Source: Acetatifactor sp.
Lineage (GTDB): Bacteria; Bacillota; Clostridia; Lachnospirales; Lachnospiraceae
Reading direction: 5' to 3'
DNA length: 64,000 nt
Assembly: GCA_022511385.1 (NCBI GenBank)
Contig: JAFLRN010000004.1
Span: 3,075 to 67,074, forward strand
Of the stretch, positions 60,323 through 64,000 are shown in pieces. Both the position numbers and the translations under genes were made by a program. Position 1 is the stretch's first letter. Every line of letters starts with the position of its first letter. The notes below the pieces were generated by a model that ran no database searches, was not told where the DNA came from, and saw only the letters and a program-made list of their open reading frames with translations.

Positions 60323-61411
60323 TTAATAATCCAGATTGTCCAAATATTTCATGTAGTTTACCACCATCATGGCAATCTTGAAAGTGAGCGCATCGTCAAA
60401 GCTGCGCAGATCAAGTCCTGTGCTTTTCTGAATCTTTTCCACCCTATACACTAATGTGTTTCTATGGATAAATAACTGTCTGGAGGTCTCAGACACATTC
60501 AAGTTGTTTTCAAAAAATTTGCTTATGGTACTCAGGGTCTCTTCATCCAGATCGGTGGGCACATTGTCGCCGAAGATCTCCTCAATAAATATCTTACAAA
60601 GATTTACCGGCAGCTGATAGATAAGCCGCCCGATTCCCAATGTGCTGTATGCAGCAACACTCTTCTCCGCATAGAATATCTTTCCCACATCCAAAGCCAT
60701 CTTAGCTTCTTTGTAAGATTTAGATACATCCTTCAATTCCTGGACCACTGTACCGAAGGATACCCGCACATTCAACATGGCTTCACTGTTCATCAGAGCC
60801 ACAATGGTCTCTGCGATCTCCATCATTTCCTCATATCCACTGTTTTCCTCCAGGGCCTTGATCAAGATTACGCTGCTCTCATCCACAGCCGTTATGTAAT
60901 CCCCTGACTGGCTGGTGAACATGCCTCTCAACAGCTCTGTCACTATCCCATCCTTCTCCAGCTTTGTCTCCACTAAAAACACCACTCTGGGTGCCGTTAC
61001 CTCTATGTGCAGCTTTTTCGCCCTGTTGTAAATATCCACCAAGAGAAGGTTATCCAGCAGAAGATTCTGGAAAAAGTTGTTGCGATCAAATCTCTCCTTG
61101 TAGGCAATTGCAAGATTTCGAAGCTGGCAGACTGCAATCTTTCCCACCATATATGCATCCTCGCCGTTTCCTCTTGCAACCAGCACATACATCAACTCTC
61201 CCTCATCTAAAATTTTCAATAGATGGTGTACGCCGATCACCTGACTGTCAGCCGGCGACGATGCAAAACCACTGATCAGGTCGTTTGAAAGCTCCATTCG
61301 ATCTCCGGTAGATGCCACCAGCAGTCCGGACTCATCATACACAAACAAATCCACCTTCGTGATCGCTTTCAACTCATCAATGCTGTTCTGAATGGTTTGA
61401 CTCGAAATCAT
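60323..61411 (-). CDS. CdaR/PucR family transcriptional regulator
   Basis: NLNVSETSRQLFIHRNTLVYRVEKIQKSTGLDL. Confidence 0.9.
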   Translation of the reverse strand: MISSQTIQNSIDELKAITKVDLFVYDESGLLVASTGDRMELSNDLISGFASSPADSQVIGVHHLLKILDEGELMYVLVARGNGEDAYMVGKIAVCQLRNLAIAYKERFDRNNFFQNLLLDNLLLVDIYNRAKKLHIEVTAPRVVFLVETKLEKDGIVTELLRGMFTSQSGDYITAVDESSVILIKALEENSGYEEMMEIAETIVALMNSEAMLNVRVSFGTVVQELKDVSKSYKEAKMALDVGKIFYAEKSVAAYSTLGIGRLIYQLPVNLCKIFIEEIFGDNVPTDLDEETLSTISKFFENNLNVSETSRQLFIHRNTLVYRVEKIQKSTGLDLRSFDDALTFKIAMMVVNYMKYLDNLDY

Positions 61412-61453
61412 TTTATAAAAACCGGCCTTTCTTTAAGATAGTGTATAAAAGTT

Positions 61454-61480
61454 AAGGGGTGCTGTCACCAGCACCCCCTT
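61454..61480 (-). terminator. Hairpin after the sugar ABC ATPase gene
   Basis: GGGGTGCTG-TCAC-CAGCACCCC. Confidence 0.55.
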
Positions 61481-61491
61481 GAGCACCATTA

Positions 61492-62607
61492 TTAGTTGGT
61501 GATAATCTGCTCGGTCTCCTTGTCGAATACATGAATCTTCTCAATATCGAAGGCGAACTTGATAACATCACCAGGTCTTGCAGTGGTACGAGAGTCAACT
61601 CTTGCAGTGATCGGGAACTCCTCCAGATCAAAGTACAGATAAACTTCTGCACCAAGCAGCTCATATACCCTAACGGTGGATTCAAACACGCTCTGCTGAG
61701 GAGCGGACTCAATGAAAGCAGGAGAGTCATATACATCCTCTGGACGGATACCAAAGGTAACAAGCTTTCCGTCATAGCCGCCCTCGATCAGCTTCTTGGA
61801 CTTAGCAGCGGGAAGAGGGATGCTGCGTCCTGCAATATCCAGATGAGCAACATCGCCAACCACCTTAACAGTTGCATCCAGGAAGTTCATCTGAGGAGAT
61901 CCCATAAATCCTGCTACGAACAGATTAGTAGGCTTCTCATACAGATTCTGAGGGGTGTCAACCTGCTGGATCACACCGTCCTTCATAACGACGATCCTGG
62001 TACCCAGGGTCATTGCCTCGGTCTGGTCATGGGTAACGTAGATGATGGTGGTACCCAGTCTCTGGTGCAGCTTTGCAATCTCAATTCTCATCTGCACACG
62101 CAGCTTTGCGTCCAGGTTGGACAGAGGCTCATCCATCAGGAATACCTTAGGATTACGCACAATAGCACGGCCCATTGCCACACGCTGTCTCTGACCACCG
62201 GACAGAGCCTTGGGCTTACGATCCAAAAGGGGAGTCAGATCAAGTATCTTAGCTGCCTCTTTTACCATCTTGTCAATCTGATCCTTGGGAACCTTTCTCA
62301 ACTTCAGACCGAATGCCATGTTATCATACACTGACATGTGAGGATACAGAGCGTAGTTCTGGAATACCATTGCGATATCTCTATCCTTAGGCTCCACATC
62401 GTTCACAACTCTGTCACCAATCTTCAACTCACCGGAGGAAATATCCTCCAGACCAGCGATCATACGGAGGGTAGTGGACTTACCACATCCGGAAGGACCT
62501 ACGAAGATGATAAACTCCTGATCCTTGATCTCCAGGTTGAAATCCTTAACTGCCTCAAAGCCGTTAGGATACACCTTGGTGATGTTCTTCAAAGATAAAC
62601 TTGCCAT
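61492..62607 (-). CDS. msmX: Multiple-sugar ABC transporter ATPase (MsmX/MsmK)
   Basis: GPSGCGKS, VFQNYALYPHM, LSGGQRQR, DEPLSNLDAKLR. Confidence 0.9.
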   Translation of the reverse strand: MASLSLKNITKVYPNGFEAVKDFNLEIKDQEFIIFVGPSGCGKSTTLRMIAGLEDISSGELKIGDRVVNDVEPKDRDIAMVFQNYALYPHMSVYDNMAFGLKLRKVPKDQIDKMVKEAAKILDLTPLLDRKPKALSGGQRQRVAMGRAIVRNPKVFLMDEPLSNLDAKLRVQMRIEIAKLHQRLGTTIIYVTHDQTEAMTLGTRIVVMKDGVIQQVDTPQNLYEKPTNLFVAGFMGSPQMNFLDATVKVVGDVAHLDIAGRSIPLPAAKSKKLIEGGYDGKLVTFGIRPEDVYDSPAFIESAPQQSVFESTVRVYELLGAEVYLYFDLEEFPITARVDSRTTARPGDVIKFAFDIEKIHVFDKETEQIITN

Positions 62608-62841
62608 AAATATGTAACTCCTTTCCATTCCTTGTGCATTTGCTGCACTTATCTATTAAACATGCTTCCGCCGTTTAACACTATATCCAGTATATCTAAC
62701 TTTTTGCAAAAAAACCATACCACTATTTCACAAATATTTTGCGTCAATTTGTATGAATTGCTTATAATCTTTCTACTTGTGGTCAATTTTTGTCAGCATG
62801 CACAAAAATATTTCTACTTTTTCGTCAGATTGTACAATAAT

Positions 62842-63567
62842 TTATTGAATTGTTTTACCTTGAAGACTCTCATCCAGCTCGTCCCGGAAAATCCTCTCAT
62901 CCTCAACATCCTCATCCTGCTCGCCGGCCTCAGGATTACCGCCATGCTCTTCCCAATATTTATCTTCCAGCTTTTTAAAAAATTTGTTATACAACTTGGC
63001 CGAAATCCACGCGGGTACAGATAAACCGAAGAAAAACACAAACGGTATCAGTTGAAAAGAGATCCAAAAAATCACCAGCGGAATTAAATACACGACAATC
63101 ATCACAATTGTCTTTGGAAATTGCATGATGCTGATAAGAAACGCATTTTTCAGGGTTGTCTTAATCGTATTCTGAAATTTTGCCAGTACTGGAAAAGTAT
63201 AAAGGAACGTGCATATCTCCAAAATTGCCACCACCAGGATCAGAACCTGCATCACATTGCTATACTGCATTTCGGAACTGATCAAGATAATATAGTCGCC
63301 TGCCAGCAAAAGACCCAGAACCAAAAACAACAGCCAGATCAGAGTACTCTGCCGGAAATTTTCCTTAAAAGACTTAAAAAATCCTCTGGCAATATAAGTC
63401 TCTTCATTCCGCACCATTTTCAGCGTCATATAGTTCAGAGCTGTCAATGCCGGTCCCACAGTAATAATGGGAATACAGCAGAGCAGTGTCAATAGATTCA
63501 AAATCAACAGATCTGCAATTTTGCTCAGCGCCTGCATCAGCGGACTGTCAATATTCAAAAATTTCAT
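62842..63567 (-). CDS. YesL/DUF624 family membrane protein
   Basis: LNLLTLLCCIPIITVGPALTAL, FFKSFKENFRQ. Confidence 0.85.
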   Translation of the reverse strand: MKFLNIDSPLMQALSKIADLLILNLLTLLCCIPIITVGPALTALNYMTLKMVRNEETYIARGFFKSFKENFRQSTLIWLLFLVLGLLLAGDYIILISSEMQYSNVMQVLILVVAILEICTFLYTFPVLAKFQNTIKTTLKNAFLISIMQFPKTIVMIVVYLIPLVIFWISFQLIPFVFFFGLSVPAWISAKLYNKFFKKLEDKYWEEHGGNPEAGEQDEDVEDERIFRDELDESLQGKTIQ

Positions 63568-63596
63568 ATGTTCTCCCGTTCTGCCGCACAGGCGGC

Positions 63597-64000
63597 TTAT
63601 AAAACTTTTACCATGGTGGTCACACGTATTCCAGAGTATTCCTCTTCAGGTCGTACTGTGCGAAAACCAAGCTTTCTATAAAAGTCCACTGCATAAGGGG
63701 CTGCTCTTAAAGACATATACCGCTCCCCCATCTCACGTTCCAGATATTCACACAACCGTATCAGGATTGTACTGCCCACACCCATGTGATGATAGTCGCC
63801 GTCCACAAACAACAGCGAAAGGTGATTTCTGTTCCTGAGCGATCCGGCGCCAATGATACGCCCTTTTTCCAAGGCCACCATCATTTGATACTCGCCCCGC
63901 AAGAAAGCCATATACAGATCATCATCCGTTATAAACTCAAAAAAACTTCTGATACCTTCCTGGGTATAATCTTTACCATCGTACTGGAGAAAGGTGCGCC
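63597..64000 (-). CDS. GNAT acetyltransferase (partial, start beyond window)
   Basis: LSLLFVD.DYHHMGVG, AVDFYRKLGF; the frame appears open to the window end. Confidence 0.82.
   Translation of the reverse strand, partial: RTFLQYDGKDYTQEGIRSFFEFITDDDLYMAFLRGEYQMMVALEKGRIIGAGSLRNRNHLSLLFVDGDYHHMGVGSTILIRLCEYLEREMGERYMSLRAAPYAVDFYRKLGFRTVRPEEEYSGIRVTTMVKVL

Overview
A 64-kb chromosomal window, most likely from an anaerobic, polysaccharide-degrading Clostridia member (Lachnospiraceae-like; inferred from gene content). Layout: (i) 1-9.8 kb, a redox-stress island. It contains an aldo/keto reductase, a flavodoxin-like reductase, a MATE pump and LysR, then a tightly packed operon divergent from an HxlR-type regulator: a 57-aa ACGX-repeat peptide missed by the ORF track, a radical SAM/SPASM enzyme, a nitroreductase, a Zn-dependent macrodomain, a class M sirtuin and a DUF5131 protein. 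(ii) 9.8-18 kb, signalling genes (chemoreceptor, response regulator, 1393-aa hybrid kinase fused to HD-GYP) and flavodoxins. (iii) 18-26 kb, GH127, GH5 and ABC transporters. (iv) 26-38.6 kb, a lower-GC run of small same-strand accessory genes, with two copies of an 8-codon leader plus hairpin element. (v) 38.7-40.9 kb, rtcB, an HTH gene and an atypical tRNA-Tyr, preceded by a Tyr-rich leader peptide with terminator/antiterminator pairing. (vi) 41-64 kb, mostly housekeeping and carbohydrate genes (GH31, cellobiose phosphorylase, malQ, glgP, tadA, SRP RNA, CdaR, MsmX). The best candidates for new biology are the Tyr-codon attenuator controlling RtcB plus tRNA-Tyr, and the ACGX peptide system joined to a SirTM/Zn-Macro ADP-ribosylation pair that lacks GcvH-L. 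All family assignments come from reading motifs by eye; no searches were run.
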